In this document: in pieces, positions 10,391 through 21,611 of the stretch | Numbering within the stretch: the stretch's first letter is position 1 | How the letters are laid out: each line of letters starts with the position of its first letter | IMG/VR virus record: IMGVR_UViG_3300019757_000007 | Location: 1 to 64,000 of that record | Direction: 5' to 3' (one strand) | DNA length: 64,000 nucleotides | Source of the DNA: a virus | Position numbers and translations under genes: made by a program | The notes under the pieces: generated by a model | Databases searched by the model: none | Told to the model about the DNA's origin: nothing | Seen by the model: only the letters and a program-made list of their open reading frames with translations

Positions 10391-11352
10391 AATTTTCCTT
10401 CAAATAGTTTTTCAAATTGAACAATCTTCATATTAATATTAATATCCATAATTCTATCATAATCAATTTTTATATCCAATTCCTCAAATAGCTTTTTAAT
10501 TTCTATCAATTCCTCTTCTTTAAATTCGCTTTCCGATGGAAATGCAATAACATTAATTTTTCTATCCATTAGCTCTATTGGTAATTGATACTTACTTATT
10601 ACTGGTTGAGAATAAGTTCTTTTAATTAATAATTCTCTACTAATTTTAATAGGTACTAAAGAAATACTATCTCCTGGTCTAAGTTTATCATTAAATAAAT
10701 AATTATAAAGCATAGCTCCTTTAATATGAATAGGTATCGTTTTCTTTTCGGATAACGGCCATTTCTTTGGAGTAATAAATTCAGCGAATTTAAAATTATT
10801 AATACTGTCCCCTAATTGCTTAACATATTTATTTTTAATCTCTTTAAAAATTATATTATATATTTGAGGTATACTCTTTAAGTCGGTTCTAATAGTTAGT
10901 ACTTTATAAATATCAGTAAGTAAATTAAAAGTAATCCCACTACAATCCGCTTTAAGTATTTGACCACCAGTTTTCTTAATTTCTAATTCCTGATAAAAGG
11001 TACCTTCCATCCAAATTTTAGCTAATGCATAAAACTTTTTAGTATTAAAGAATCCTCTATAAGCAACAACCTCTGATTTAAAATCCATCATATTATATTT
11101 TGGATTTATATTGGCTCTTTTAAATAAAAGAGTATCGTATATATTTTTATATTTTATATTAGCATCTTTAGCTACTTTTTGACTATAATCAACAGTCTTC
11201 AAAGAACTATCAAATTTACTAAAGGGTAATTTTAAAATATTATAGGTACTATCGGTATCCGCATATTTTAAGTTAGGTTTAAACTCTATTGTATCGATAA
11301 AGTTTATATCAAAAACTCCATCTAAGTCATCAGCCATCGCAATCGTGTTCAT
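10387..11352 (-). CDS. family B DNA polymerase, C-terminal palm (motif C)/thumb fragment
   Basis: YADTDS at residues ~31-36, FKSE, KKFYAL, IKKTG, PIHIKGAMLYN. Confidence 0.82.
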   Translation of the reverse strand: MNTIAMADDLDGVFDINFIDTIEFKPNLKYADTDSTYNILKLPFSKFDSSLKTVDYSQKVAKDANIKYKNIYDTLLFKRANINPKYNMMDFKSEVVAYRGFFNTKKFYALAKIWMEGTFYQELEIKKTGGQILKADCSGITFNLLTDIYKVLTIRTDLKSIPQIYNIIFKEIKNKYVKQLGDSINNFKFAEFITPKKWPLSEKKTIPIHIKGAMLYNYLFNDKLRPGDSISLVPIKISRELLIKRTYSQPVISKYQLPIELMDRKINVIAFPSESEFKEEELIEIKKLFEELDIKIDYDRIMDININMKIVQFEKLFEGKL

Positions 11353-11360
11353 TAACTCTC

Positions 11361-12106
11361 CTATAATGCTACATAAATTATTAAGTTAATAATAACAGAA
11401 AAACCAACCATATATTGAAATATATTTTCATAAATATGATTAAATACTCCCGAAGTATTATTTCTAAATTCATTTCTAGTATTATTATAATACATATCTA
11501 TTGCATTTTTTAATGGACGAGCATTATGAAGATTAATATCTTCTTCGTCTATACCATATTTTAAATATTGTAGTTTATAATTATTATCAACTACCTCTGT
11601 TTTTATATTTCTAGGATTGGATGAAAACGACCAAAAGGTTGCTTTATTTACATTCATTATTTACCTTTTAATTTATTAAAATAAAATAAAAAATATATTT
11701 CCATTAATATATTTTTATTTATTTTATATCTAGTGCAAATATTATCTTGCATAATATCAAATTTCAAATTACAGTACTCTATTTCCCATATAATTCTGAA
11801 AATTGTATTATACAAGTCCCGATCTAAATTAATTCCGGTACTTTTTTTCATTTCTCTTTCAAGTTTATTTATATTCATACTTAAACCTAATTCAATATCT
11901 TTTAAATCCTTATAATTGCACCAAAAACAATATCCATCTTTGGCCTGAACATAAACGTTATTTATACTATTATGTAAATTATGGAATTTTAAAATAGTTA
12001 AAGTTTCTCCTAAATAATTTTCTAATCTTTTATTTGCTCCAACTCTTGTCATTTTTACTGATACGAACTTTACTTTCGTACAATACGGGACTCTTGTTAT
12101 TCTCAT
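11361..12106 (-). CDS. two hypothetical proteins (11361-11657, 11657-12106)
   Basis: Contiguous ORFs. Confidence 0.55.
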
Positions 12107-12160
12107 ACTAACCTTTCAATAATATCTATGTATAAGTATTACTAGCTTAGTACCAAAATA

Positions 12161-15133
12161 CTAAGTAGTTAAATAATTATAATAGTCTTCAAAATTCTTT
12201 ATTAATAGTTCTTTAAACAGTAATAAATCCTTTTCTAATTTTAATATATTATCTTCCGATAACATACACCTATGTTTTAATAATATCTCTAATTCTTTTT
12301 CAAACAATTTTAAAGCTTGATATCTAGATTCTTTACAGCTAAATAAATTACCCTCGCTTTTTTGGGCTAAACTATCTAATAAATTATCTTTCTTTTTACT
12401 ATTTAATATCATGTATTGAGAGTTTCTATCTTTTTCATAATCAGTATCATCTGATGAAGCAAAGTAATTAAAATTTTCTCTCATTCTTTTCGGTAAATTT
12501 ACAACATCTATTTTATTTAAGAATGAATCTAGTACTTGCTTTTGCGCTAAATCTAAATCTCTTTTTTCATCAGTCTCTAAATTAAAATCTAAACCAAATT
12601 CTTGATTAAATGTTTTATTATATTTATTATAATATTTATCATCCCCATTAAAAAAAGATCTTAATATTAATTCTGGATAAGGCATATCAATAAATTTTTT
12701 AAATAAAGGGAATTCGTTTAATGTTTCATTATCTAATAAAGAAATATATCTACAAAAATTAGTCATCATTAATGAACTCATCGAGTTAGTTCCAATTAAT
12801 TTTAAATTTTCTTTCGTTAAAGAAGGAAGTTCCTTTTCAAATATATTTTTACTTATATTATTACTAATAGTATTTATCATCTCAGATGGAAAAAATATTG
12901 AGCTCAATTGAGTAGAATATTCTTCTCCTTTGCCATAATAATTAGACTCTTTTATTTCTAGAAAATCGATCGCCCCATTCTTTAATAATTTATTATGTCC
13001 TTGCTTAGTACTAAAATATATTTTTACTGGTTTCCCAAATTTATCCTGAACAGCTTGCTCTATAATTTTCATTAGCCCCAGATATAAAAAAGCTGGGAAA
13101 TGAGTATAAGTAAAATTATTATCTTTTAATAGTTTATTTCTATCAATAGCTAAAGCGTTATCATTATTTATATGAATTGAAACAATTGATATATCTTTAA
13201 TACTTTCATTATCTATTGGAATAGTTGTAGGTCGGATATAATGTCCTAATTTACTTCTATTTGAAAAAAGATTTAACCCAATAAGATTAGGAATAAAATT
13301 AAAACCCCGAACTGGCACATTAGACGCCTCTCCCATATTTTTTAAATCTTCTTCTTTGAATAGTTTTTCACTCAGCCAATTAACAGCGTATCTATCATGC
13401 AATTTTTTAAAATTAATTCCTTTTAAAATCAATTCCGCTGGTATACTTTTTACTTCAAGCAAAGCTATTTTGGGGCGATTATGTAATAGTTTTAGTTTTC
13501 TAGATTTAAATTTAGTATCATCTACTATAATTAATTCTTCTACACCATTTTGAAAAACATCAGAAATATTTGGAACCATAGAAACTTGAACATATTTTGA
13601 CCTAGATTTCTTTTTTAATACAAAATGTTCGTCTTCTCTTTTAAATATTTTACCTAGATTTAATTTATCTAAATATAATCTTTTATCCTCTGGAACATCC
13701 AGTATCATTTGATAAAAATCATAAAAAGGTATTAACGATAATTTATCTGGAGAATTAAATCCTGCCTCATAGCTATCAATAGATATACCTAAACTAGATC
13801 CAAATATTGGACTAAGTTGATTTAATAAATTTGATGTCATTCTACCTAGATAATTGCTTTTTTTAAATAAATCTATTAAAGATATTTTATTTATACCTTG
13901 TGGAGTTAATCTTATATCCTCTTTATATAGAGAAGTATTTGTAATTTTAAAATTAGATAAAATAGAAAAAGTAACTCTAGTTCTCTTAAAAACATCAAAT
14001 AAAGTTGTTATGATATTTTTTCCAATAAATACTAAATCATGAGCTATTTTATTTTTAATTTCTCTTAAATCTAAAGTATCTATTTTATAATGAAGATTAT
14101 TTAATATAAGAATACTCCAACAAAAAATCTTTTCTCTTTCCTCTTGATTCAATTTACCTAAAATTGTATCTTTAATATGGTGTTGATAATCTTCATAAAT
14201 ACCTGGAATAGAGTTAAGATGCATATTTGTCTGAGAATAATAACCTTCCTCATTGCATAATACAAAACCATTTATATCGTCTCGATGGGAAGAATTTATA
14301 GTTACTAAATTAGATAAACTTTCTGGATGAGAAGATTTAAATAATATATCTTTATTATTATGCTCTATGTAGTTTATATAGTGAAAATTATTATTTAGAT
14401 TATTATCAATTCCATTTTTATATACTACTTTATTATCTTTAATTTGCATAAGATATTGGAAACTATCATCTCCAAAAGAATCGTTGCTATAGTTTTTTCT
14501 AACCATATGTCGTACTAGGTCATTATCAGAAGCATATCTAAAATTTCCATTATAATACATATCCTGTATATTTAACTCTTCAATATTAAAAGTAAAATTA
14601 GTACTATAATTAGATAAATCTTTTTTTTCTAAGAAATTAAAAATATTAGGCAATAAAAAAGAATCTTTCATAAAGAAAAGTAACTTTGGTTTATTTAAAT
14701 AACCCATTACCTCATTTAGATAAGGCCCAGATGGATATTTAGAATGATTTTGACGATAAACTCTTTCTAATAAAACTCCAATATTTTTAGATATATCAGT
14801 TCTATAAAATAAATTTTGTGGATTAGTACTAAAATCATTATATTCAATATTACTGTAATTATTACTTACGTCAAACATATTATCTTTATCGAAATGACAA
14901 ATTACCGAAATATTCTCAAAATTTAAATCTAAAAGATGTTTTGAATTTTTTAGATTATTTAAAAAATGCCTGCTTTCTAAATCCGAATTAAGTACGACAC
15001 TTAATAAGGAATAATTACCTCCATTATTTAATTTTATAGTCTCAATATTTAATGTAAAATTAAAATCTGGTATATGAGAATTTTTTGCAGTTTCATCTAT
15101 AATATTAAAAATATTATTAAATGTGTTTTCCAT
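12161..15133 (-). CDS. large hypothetical protein (990 aa)
   Basis: Long ORF with RBS; no motif recognised. Confidence 0.8.
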   Translation of the reverse strand: MENTFNNIFNIIDETAKNSHIPDFNFTLNIETIKLNNGGNYSLLSVVLNSDLESRHFLNNLKNSKHLLDLNFENISVICHFDKDNMFDVSNNYSNIEYNDFSTNPQNLFYRTDISKNIGVLLERVYRQNHSKYPSGPYLNEVMGYLNKPKLLFFMKDSFLLPNIFNFLEKKDLSNYSTNFTFNIEELNIQDMYYNGNFRYASDNDLVRHMVRKNYSNDSFGDDSFQYLMQIKDNKVVYKNGIDNNLNNNFHYINYIEHNNKDILFKSSHPESLSNLVTINSSHRDDINGFVLCNEEGYYSQTNMHLNSIPGIYEDYQHHIKDTILGKLNQEEREKIFCWSILILNNLHYKIDTLDLREIKNKIAHDLVFIGKNIITTLFDVFKRTRVTFSILSNFKITNTSLYKEDIRLTPQGINKISLIDLFKKSNYLGRMTSNLLNQLSPIFGSSLGISIDSYEAGFNSPDKLSLIPFYDFYQMILDVPEDKRLYLDKLNLGKIFKREDEHFVLKKKSRSKYVQVSMVPNISDVFQNGVEELIIVDDTKFKSRKLKLLHNRPKIALLEVKSIPAELILKGINFKKLHDRYAVNWLSEKLFKEEDLKNMGEASNVPVRGFNFIPNLIGLNLFSNRSKLGHYIRPTTIPIDNESIKDISIVSIHINNDNALAIDRNKLLKDNNFTYTHFPAFLYLGLMKIIEQAVQDKFGKPVKIYFSTKQGHNKLLKNGAIDFLEIKESNYYGKGEEYSTQLSSIFFPSEMINTISNNISKNIFEKELPSLTKENLKLIGTNSMSSLMMTNFCRYISLLDNETLNEFPLFKKFIDMPYPELILRSFFNGDDKYYNKYNKTFNQEFGLDFNLETDEKRDLDLAQKQVLDSFLNKIDVVNLPKRMRENFNYFASSDDTDYEKDRNSQYMILNSKKKDNLLDSLAQKSEGNLFSCKESRYQALKLFEKELEILLKHRCMLSEDNILKLEKDLLLFKELLIKNFEDYYNYLTT

Positions 15134-15187
15134 ATAGGTCCTTTGTATATTTTATTTTTTAGACGAATAAAAAAAGTATTTGAATAG

Positions 15188-16102
15188 TTAACTATTCAAA
15201 TACTCTCTTCTTAAATATGCTATAAAAGCATCTAAGAATTCATCTTGTAATTTTATATCTCTAGCACTTCCACCAACAGTCATTCGACCACCAGCGTTCT
15301 CACCAAAGAAATTCTGGAGTGGTTCGACCACTCCATTTTCTCCAAAATATCGTTTAGCTATTTTTTCATTCTTACATGACATACTAATAGTATTACTACC
15401 AATATTATAATGTACCACTATATCATTTGAAATATCATTTACTAGATAACCATCTAGTAAAAAAGTATCTCCTTTATAAACAACCATTACTCCAGGTAAC
15501 GATAGCTCTTTAACTAAATGACTATTTTTAATAATCTCTTTTTTTTCAATAAAATTTATATTTCTTTCTTTTACGTCATCTGGCACATTAAACATAATTA
15601 AATCTTTAATACGAAGTATTAATTTATGTACCATTCTTGAAATATCTTCAGAATCGTTTATATTATTGAATTTCCAAGAAGATACCAAGCTACCAATAGC
15701 TAAGAATTTCTCTTGTATATTATTATTTATTTTATTGTATTTATGTTCCATAAACCAATGGAATCCATTAATATCAACATTGCCTATTAATTGACATAAT
15801 TCTAAAACTAACTTAGTTGGTTTTAGAAATCCTGCCGCCCACATAATGCCTAAAATAGCATCAGTGTCTATATGGGATACGATAAAATTATCATATACCT
15901 TATCGATTTTCTGTTTATAAAAACTTAAACATGCTGGTGGATTATCTTCGAATTCTCCATGATGGAGTAATTCAACTTCTGCTCCATCTTTGACTCCAAA
16001 ATAATCATTGCCGTATTCAGTTTCAACCGCAACTAAACCTTTAACTTTTTTTGAATATTCCAGAGCAGCAGTATAACTTTTACATTTCTGGACAGTTAAC
16101 AT
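15188..16102 (-). CDS. DHH-superfamily-like phosphoesterase (divergent)
   Basis: LHH, SHIDTD, DxxG and C-terminal GGR..GGS motifs. Confidence 0.5.
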   Translation of the reverse strand: MLTVQKCKSYTAALEYSKKVKGLVAVETEYGNDYFGVKDGAEVELLHHGEFEDNPPACLSFYKQKIDKVYDNFIVSHIDTDAILGIMWAAGFLKPTKLVLELCQLIGNVDINGFHWFMEHKYNKINNNIQEKFLAIGSLVSSWKFNNINDSEDISRMVHKLILRIKDLIMFNVPDDVKERNINFIEKKEIIKNSHLVKELSLPGVMVVYKGDTFLLDGYLVNDISNDIVVHYNIGSNTISMSCKNEKIAKRYFGENGVVEPLQNFFGENAGGRMTVGGSARDIKLQDEFLDAFIAYLRREYLNS

Positions 16103-16114
16103 AATACCTCCTTG

Positions 16115-17548
16115 TTATTTTTGCTCTTCTGTTTTTACTATAGCTGGATCAGTATTATTAATATTAACGTCCTGCATTTCCATTGTCTGAGTTTTTTCCA
16201 TCTCTGCAATAACCTCATCTAAGCTTTTCTTTGGCTCTTCTTCAACAACTTCTTCCGTTGCTTCTACATCATCTTCAGTATTAGGTTCTGGTAAAGTTTC
16301 AACATCTTCTGTTGTTTCTGGTTGTGGATTTTCAGCAGCTTCGATTCTCTCTAAATAATCAAATAAACTAAAATCGTTTCTATCTAAAGAAACATTTTCT
16401 GGTAAATCATCCATTAACTCAGGATATAATAACATTGCACCATTTACGAAATTAATTAACTTTGTAGTTAAATCTTCATCTTTAATAATTACATTAAGGT
16501 AAGATTTACCAAAGATTAAATTCTCTTCTTTATAGTTTTCACCAGCACCAAATAAGATAACTAAATCTTCTGGAACTTCATCAACTGCCATATTATCAGA
16601 ATTTCTTGCTGAGGGATTGTTTTCAACAATGTTACATCTTTTTAATTCTTCTGGTAATAATCTAATAACTACTTTGCTTTGATTATGACCAGTACCAGTA
16701 GTTTTAATTACAGCAATGATATTATTTAATAAATATTGCTCGAAATCAAATATAACGTCATCTAGCTTTTGATCTTTATAAAAAATATCATATGAGCTAT
16801 CATATTTAACTGTTAATTGATCAATACTATAAGCAATTCTAATTAATCCAAGAATAATATTTTTTAAAGCTGGTTTATTTTCTTTAAATTCTTTTAGTAA
16901 AACACCAGATGAATTCATTTCAATAACATTAATAAAGTTTTTTACTTCTTCATTATTTGCAAAATCATTTAATAAATAATCTTTTGTAAGGAATGAATGC
17001 ATGTATTTACTACCACTTAAAGTTTTAGATGGCGTAAAATTGTTCTTAAAAATAGTTCCTAAAGAATGAGCCGGTGGATTTAATGGTACTACATAAGCAG
17101 TATTTGCAACAAGTTCACATTGATCTTGAGGATAACCACTCGTTCTTAATTCATTAGCTAAGTTAGCTAATTCTGCTCTAATTCTATCTGAATTTTGCTC
17201 TCTATTCATATCTCTATTATATGAATTTACGATAGTAGTAAGTCTCGTATTTTTATACGTTTCTAAATCTTGAGCCGTTGTAATTCTTTGCGGTCTATTA
17301 TTTACCACTTGTTCCATTGTTTGTCTACCACCAGTTTCTGGAGCAGCAGCTGCATCAGTTTGAGTAGCACCTGGCGCATTTAAGATATAACTATCTTGTA
17401 ATGTTCTTGTATTTACATCAAATGTATTTCCCGTTTGATCTTCGAATGTAACTGTATTACCTTGTATAGCATTAACCTTAACTGTTAATGTTGGCGAACC
17501 GTGAGCCACGTTTCTCATTTCTAAATTTTGACCTAAGTGAATATCCAT
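16115..17548 (-). CDS. hypothetical protein with acidic C-terminal tail
   Basis: 477 aa; first gene after promoter copy 2. Confidence 0.75.
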   Translation of the reverse strand: MDIHLGQNLEMRNVAHGSPTLTVKVNAIQGNTVTFEDQTGNTFDVNTRTLQDSYILNAPGATQTDAAAAPETGGRQTMEQVVNNRPQRITTAQDLETYKNTRLTTIVNSYNRDMNREQNSDRIRAELANLANELRTSGYPQDQCELVANTAYVVPLNPPAHSLGTIFKNNFTPSKTLSGSKYMHSFLTKDYLLNDFANNEEVKNFINVIEMNSSGVLLKEFKENKPALKNIILGLIRIAYSIDQLTVKYDSSYDIFYKDQKLDDVIFDFEQYLLNNIIAVIKTTGTGHNQSKVVIRLLPEELKRCNIVENNPSARNSDNMAVDEVPEDLVILFGAGENYKEENLIFGKSYLNVIIKDEDLTTKLINFVNGAMLLYPELMDDLPENVSLDRNDFSLFDYLERIEAAENPQPETTEDVETLPEPNTEDDVEATEEVVEEEPKKSLDEVIAEMEKTQTMEMQDVNINNTDPAIVKTEEQK

Positions 17549-17620
17549 AATTCATTTCTCCTGTTTTATTTAAATTTTTTGTACAATAAAAAAATAGTAT
17601 TTTTCAATACTATTGTCTTA

Positions 17621-17664
17621 TCTGATTATAATATATCTATACTCTGAAGTACTTATTTTAAAGT
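17621..17664 (-). promoter_or_regulatory. conserved 44-bp phage promoter motif, copy 2
   Basis: Same motif as 1455-1498. Confidence 0.8.
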
Positions 17665-17736
17665 CAAAAAGTATAGATAAGGCCATAAAATCCCTAAAGA
17701 TTTTTAACGACAGGAATACAGACTAAGGTTTTACCC

Positions 17737-19809
17737 TTAATCTATAATAATATTTGCTTCGAGCAATTCCTGTTCCGCTTCTAATTTTCTAGCAGCTATT
17801 TCATCTTCTGTTAAAAATTCCATACCAATCATCTTCAATGCATTATTGATAGTTTTTTTGGTATTACTTTCATATCTTTCTTTCATTTGATATTCGCCAT
17901 CTTTAATAATTTTCATTAAAAACGATTCTTTATCTTCCATACTATCCGATTTAAAAGTAAATAACTCTTTTAAGATATTGTTATTTTCTTTATGAGATAA
18001 TAAAGCAGCCGTTGTTTGCCAAGAAATATGTTGACCACCTTGCTTCTTTCTACCTCTTGTTGGTTGACCAGTAGTTTTACTATAACTATTAGTAAACGCA
18101 ATAGCATTATATTTAGAATTACTTGTATGATATAATTTGCTTAGGTAGTTTTCTCCACAATAACATTCAATTTCTTGTTCATAAAAACTATCTATTTTAC
18201 TTGATTTAAAGATAGTACTTTCAAACCCAAGATAAGTTCTTAAGTACATCATTAATTTATTTTCAAATTTAATTTTACTTTTTGAATTTAGATCTATTCC
18301 AAATCTTTCTCCGTACTGAGCAATAAAATCTTCATAATACTCAGCATAAGTAATATCATTAAAGTTTCTAAAATAAAAATATAATTTATCTTTGACTACA
18401 TTTTCTCTTAATTCACTTAAGTTATTAGATAAAATTTCTTTAACTGATAAGTAATATTCTTCATCAGTTCTTTTAATTAAATTTTCATTAACGAATTCAA
18501 TTCTTTCTTTAAAATCAAGTAAATCATCAGCACCTTCTATATCTCGAACAATCTTACTCATAGCTAATTCAAAAATACTTCCCCAGTTATTTCTACCAAA
18601 GATTCCTAATGGATTAAATATCATATCAAATGGTAAACCAGTCTTTGGATCTTTAGGCATTAAATCATCTGGAATAACTAAACCAACCACACCTTTACCA
18701 GCATATAAGTTAGTGAACTTATCTCCTCTAGAAGTATTCTCAGTATAACTAGTATCAACCTCAATAATATAATCAATATCATCTGGATCTAAATTATAAT
18801 TATCTCTCATATCATTTAGAACTGATTTAGGTACAGTTTCCATACTAATATATTGATTATATAAAGTATCACTTAATTCATCAATTTTATCTTGAGGTAG
18901 TTTTAAAGAAGTAAAACATTTAGTTAAATCTTCTTTAGTAGTTTTTTGCGAATTGTCGTAAAATTCTAATTCATCAATAAGTTCTTTTGTATAAAGATAA
19001 GCTTCTCTATTTTCATTAAAAGTTTTTTTAGTAATAGTATGTACTCTGATGTTATCTACAGTACCACCTTGAATACCTTTAAAACTTTTAGTATAATATT
19101 TTGATTCTGTATGTTCATCTAAATTAATTACTTCCGTTAAGAAGAATTCAGATGCATCTATCATATAGTAACTTAAAATGTTTTCAGTATTTAATTTATC
19201 CCCTAATTTAGGTAAATAATCAATACCATTTTTTAAGAATCTCATCTGTTTAGTAACTGGAATAAACATCTTATCGCTATATTCTATTTGAGTTTTCTTA
19301 CTAAATGATTCAGAAATAACAACAGCATCATCAGCCGCGTATCCAAAGAAACTACTAAATAAAATATTCGCTCTATATCCAATTCTCGGCATTTTAATTT
19401 CTGGCAGCATATTAGTATAATCAAATAATAAAGCCCCTTTCTTAAAACTCTTATATTCATCAGCAATACAATATTTTAAACTAAGACTATTATTAATTAA
19501 TTTTTTATGACCAGGTACTTGTTTAAATATCATTCTCTTTTCAGTAGTATAATATAATATAAGTATTTCTTTTTGATAGAATAAAACTATTCCGTCATCT
19601 TCTGCAATTTCCGAATAAGGAGAATTGATTTCTGATAATGAACTATAGTATTTATCAATAACAATAGGTGTTTCCGTTTTTTTAGATACAACTACTTGGG
19701 TTAGCTGTTTAGAAGCCATTTGCAATCTGCTTGGATCTACATTATTAGCAAATGGTACGAATGTTTCTATTTGTGGACTAAACAATACTACATTTTTATC
19801 TTGTTTCAT
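17737..19809 (-). CDS. multisubunit RNA polymerase set A, beta C-terminal half
   Basis: PFANNVDPSRLQMASKQ (cf. PFLEHDDANRALMGANMQ), GYAADDAVVISE, GDKFTNLYAGKGVV, DMIFNPLG, KLYH, TGQPTRGRKKQGGQ. Confidence 0.9.
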   Translation of the reverse strand: MKQDKNVVLFSPQIETFVPFANNVDPSRLQMASKQLTQVVVSKKTETPIVIDKYYSSLSEINSPYSEIAEDDGIVLFYQKEILILYYTTEKRMIFKQVPGHKKLINNSLSLKYCIADEYKSFKKGALLFDYTNMLPEIKMPRIGYRANILFSSFFGYAADDAVVISESFSKKTQIEYSDKMFIPVTKQMRFLKNGIDYLPKLGDKLNTENILSYYMIDASEFFLTEVINLDEHTESKYYTKSFKGIQGGTVDNIRVHTITKKTFNENREAYLYTKELIDELEFYDNSQKTTKEDLTKCFTSLKLPQDKIDELSDTLYNQYISMETVPKSVLNDMRDNYNLDPDDIDYIIEVDTSYTENTSRGDKFTNLYAGKGVVGLVIPDDLMPKDPKTGLPFDMIFNPLGIFGRNNWGSIFELAMSKIVRDIEGADDLLDFKERIEFVNENLIKRTDEEYYLSVKEILSNNLSELRENVVKDKLYFYFRNFNDITYAEYYEDFIAQYGERFGIDLNSKSKIKFENKLMMYLRTYLGFESTIFKSSKIDSFYEQEIECYCGENYLSKLYHTSNSKYNAIAFTNSYSKTTGQPTRGRKKQGGQHISWQTTAALLSHKENNNILKELFTFKSDSMEDKESFLMKIIKDGEYQMKERYESNTKKTINNALKMIGMEFLTEDEIAARKLEAEQELLEANIIID

Positions 19810-19817
19810 TTTTTTCC

Positions 19818-21548
19818 TTATTTATGACTTGTTCTAGATATTAATTGTCCACATGTTGGACATTGACAAGGAGAGGTAAGTTCAGTAAGAGTTTGGTAGT
19901 AAGTATCCTCAAATTGTTCAGCACAATTACCACAAATGTATTTTCTTACTGTATCTTTTTCTTCTTTATCTCCATTACTATCTAAAGGAATTTCAACATC
20001 TTCGCTATCTTTTAATAGTTCTTTTGCAAAATTAAATGCATTTCTTTCTTCTGATATTTCAATTAAAGTATTCGCAACTGTTTTATCATCTCTAATTTCG
20101 ATAAATCTTGGATGCATTAAACTCCAAATTTCAATACCATCTTTAATATTATCATCGGATAATGTAATATCATTAGCTCTTACTTCTACAATTTTACCTA
20201 AGTATTTTTCTTGATTGTTCCAAATCTCATGTTTCCTATCTTCTGTAAAACCACTTGTTTTACTTTTTAATAAACCATCTTCACTTTCAATAAAAATAGC
20301 TCCAAGAGTATTCTTATATTTACCAGAACCTTTTTCAAAACCAACTATTTTATAATCAGAACTAAATTCATTTTTAAATTTAATACAATTCGTGCTTTTC
20401 CCAGATTTAAATAGTCCAGAAGCTTCTTTTAGGATTATACCTTCTTTACCCTCTTTTAATTTATTCTCAAAATACTTAATTGCCCCTTGTAATTGATTAA
20501 TTCCAAAATACTTATAATCGACTAATTGTATATGTTTAAAATCTTTTAATTTTTTTAAACAACTTTTTAAAGCTTCAAATCTAGAAAGATTATCCGATTT
20601 TAATAAAGCAGAATTAGTTAAATCCCAAACAGTATATCTAATTTTAGATTGTAATTCCTCAAAGGATTGACCAAAAGTTTCTTCTAATGCAGCTATATAT
20701 TTTTTTAATTCCGCCTTAGTTAATCCTTCTTCCTTTTTATTATAAATAGTAGTAAGTGCTTTAAATACCCCATTACTAGTTAATCTATCTAAACCTTCAA
20801 TAGTAAATTCCCCATGAAGAACTGATTTATCATGAACCATACTTTTAAGTTGTTTGAACTCAGCTGCTAATTCTTTAAAATTAATACTAATCGGTTTTAA
20901 TCTTCTAGATTGAAATCCATTTCCTGATTTTAAATCACTACAATCATTTATACTCGCAAATGAAAATAAACCATCAGCTTTTTCTTGAGCTATATAAAAT
21001 CTAGTATTATTTTTTTTAGCAATACTATATTTAGAAACTCTTTTTACTATATTACTAATTCCAGGAAAAGAAACAGCTCCCATATATTCAGGTAAAGGTA
21101 AACAATAAGGAATTCCAGTATTAATTCCCTTTTCTGACATACCAATTTTTAAATCTCTATCTATTATTTTTTGGACAAGAGATCTGGTCTCGTTATCACA
21201 AGACCTAAGTATTTCGCATAATTTTTCATTTGCTTTATTTCCAGTTAATTTATCAACTAAAAAAGCTTTATCTAATTGAGCCATAGCTTCTACAATATCG
21301 TTTATAGGTAGGCTAAAATATTTTGATTTAGTTTTTAATAATTTATTAGGAACATTTTTTATTCCAAAAATAATAAATGGACTATAAACATAATTAAAAT
21401 ATTGTTTAACTATTTTCTTTTCGGTATTATTTATACTAGAATAAAACATCGCTAATTCATTTCTTTTTTCATTAGTACCAGTAAGGGCTGAGATTCTATT
21501 TAATACTTTATATAATTCATTATTAAGTAATACTATTTTATTTATCAT
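19818..21548 (-). CDS. ATP-dependent DNA ligase with C-terminal Zn ribbon
   Basis: QEKADG, HGE, WD, EGIILK, IKFK, HPRFIEIRDDK; terminal CxxC...CxxC. Confidence 0.9.
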   Translation of the reverse strand: MINKIVLLNNELYKVLNRISALTGTNEKRNELAMFYSSINNTEKKIVKQYFNYVYSPFIIFGIKNVPNKLLKTKSKYFSLPINDIVEAMAQLDKAFLVDKLTGNKANEKLCEILRSCDNETRSLVQKIIDRDLKIGMSEKGINTGIPYCLPLPEYMGAVSFPGISNIVKRVSKYSIAKKNNTRFYIAQEKADGLFSFASINDCSDLKSGNGFQSRRLKPISINFKELAAEFKQLKSMVHDKSVLHGEFTIEGLDRLTSNGVFKALTTIYNKKEEGLTKAELKKYIAALEETFGQSFEELQSKIRYTVWDLTNSALLKSDNLSRFEALKSCLKKLKDFKHIQLVDYKYFGINQLQGAIKYFENKLKEGKEGIILKEASGLFKSGKSTNCIKFKNEFSSDYKIVGFEKGSGKYKNTLGAIFIESEDGLLKSKTSGFTEDRKHEIWNNQEKYLGKIVEVRANDITLSDDNIKDGIEIWSLMHPRFIEIRDDKTVANTLIEISEERNAFNFAKELLKDSEDVEIPLDSNGDKEEKDTVRKYICGNCAEQFEDTYYQTLTELTSPCQCPTCGQLISRTSHK

Positions 21549-21611
21549 TGTATATTTTCCTTTTTAATTTAATGGTTTCTATTTAATAATCTAGGTTAAC
21601 CTAGATTATTT

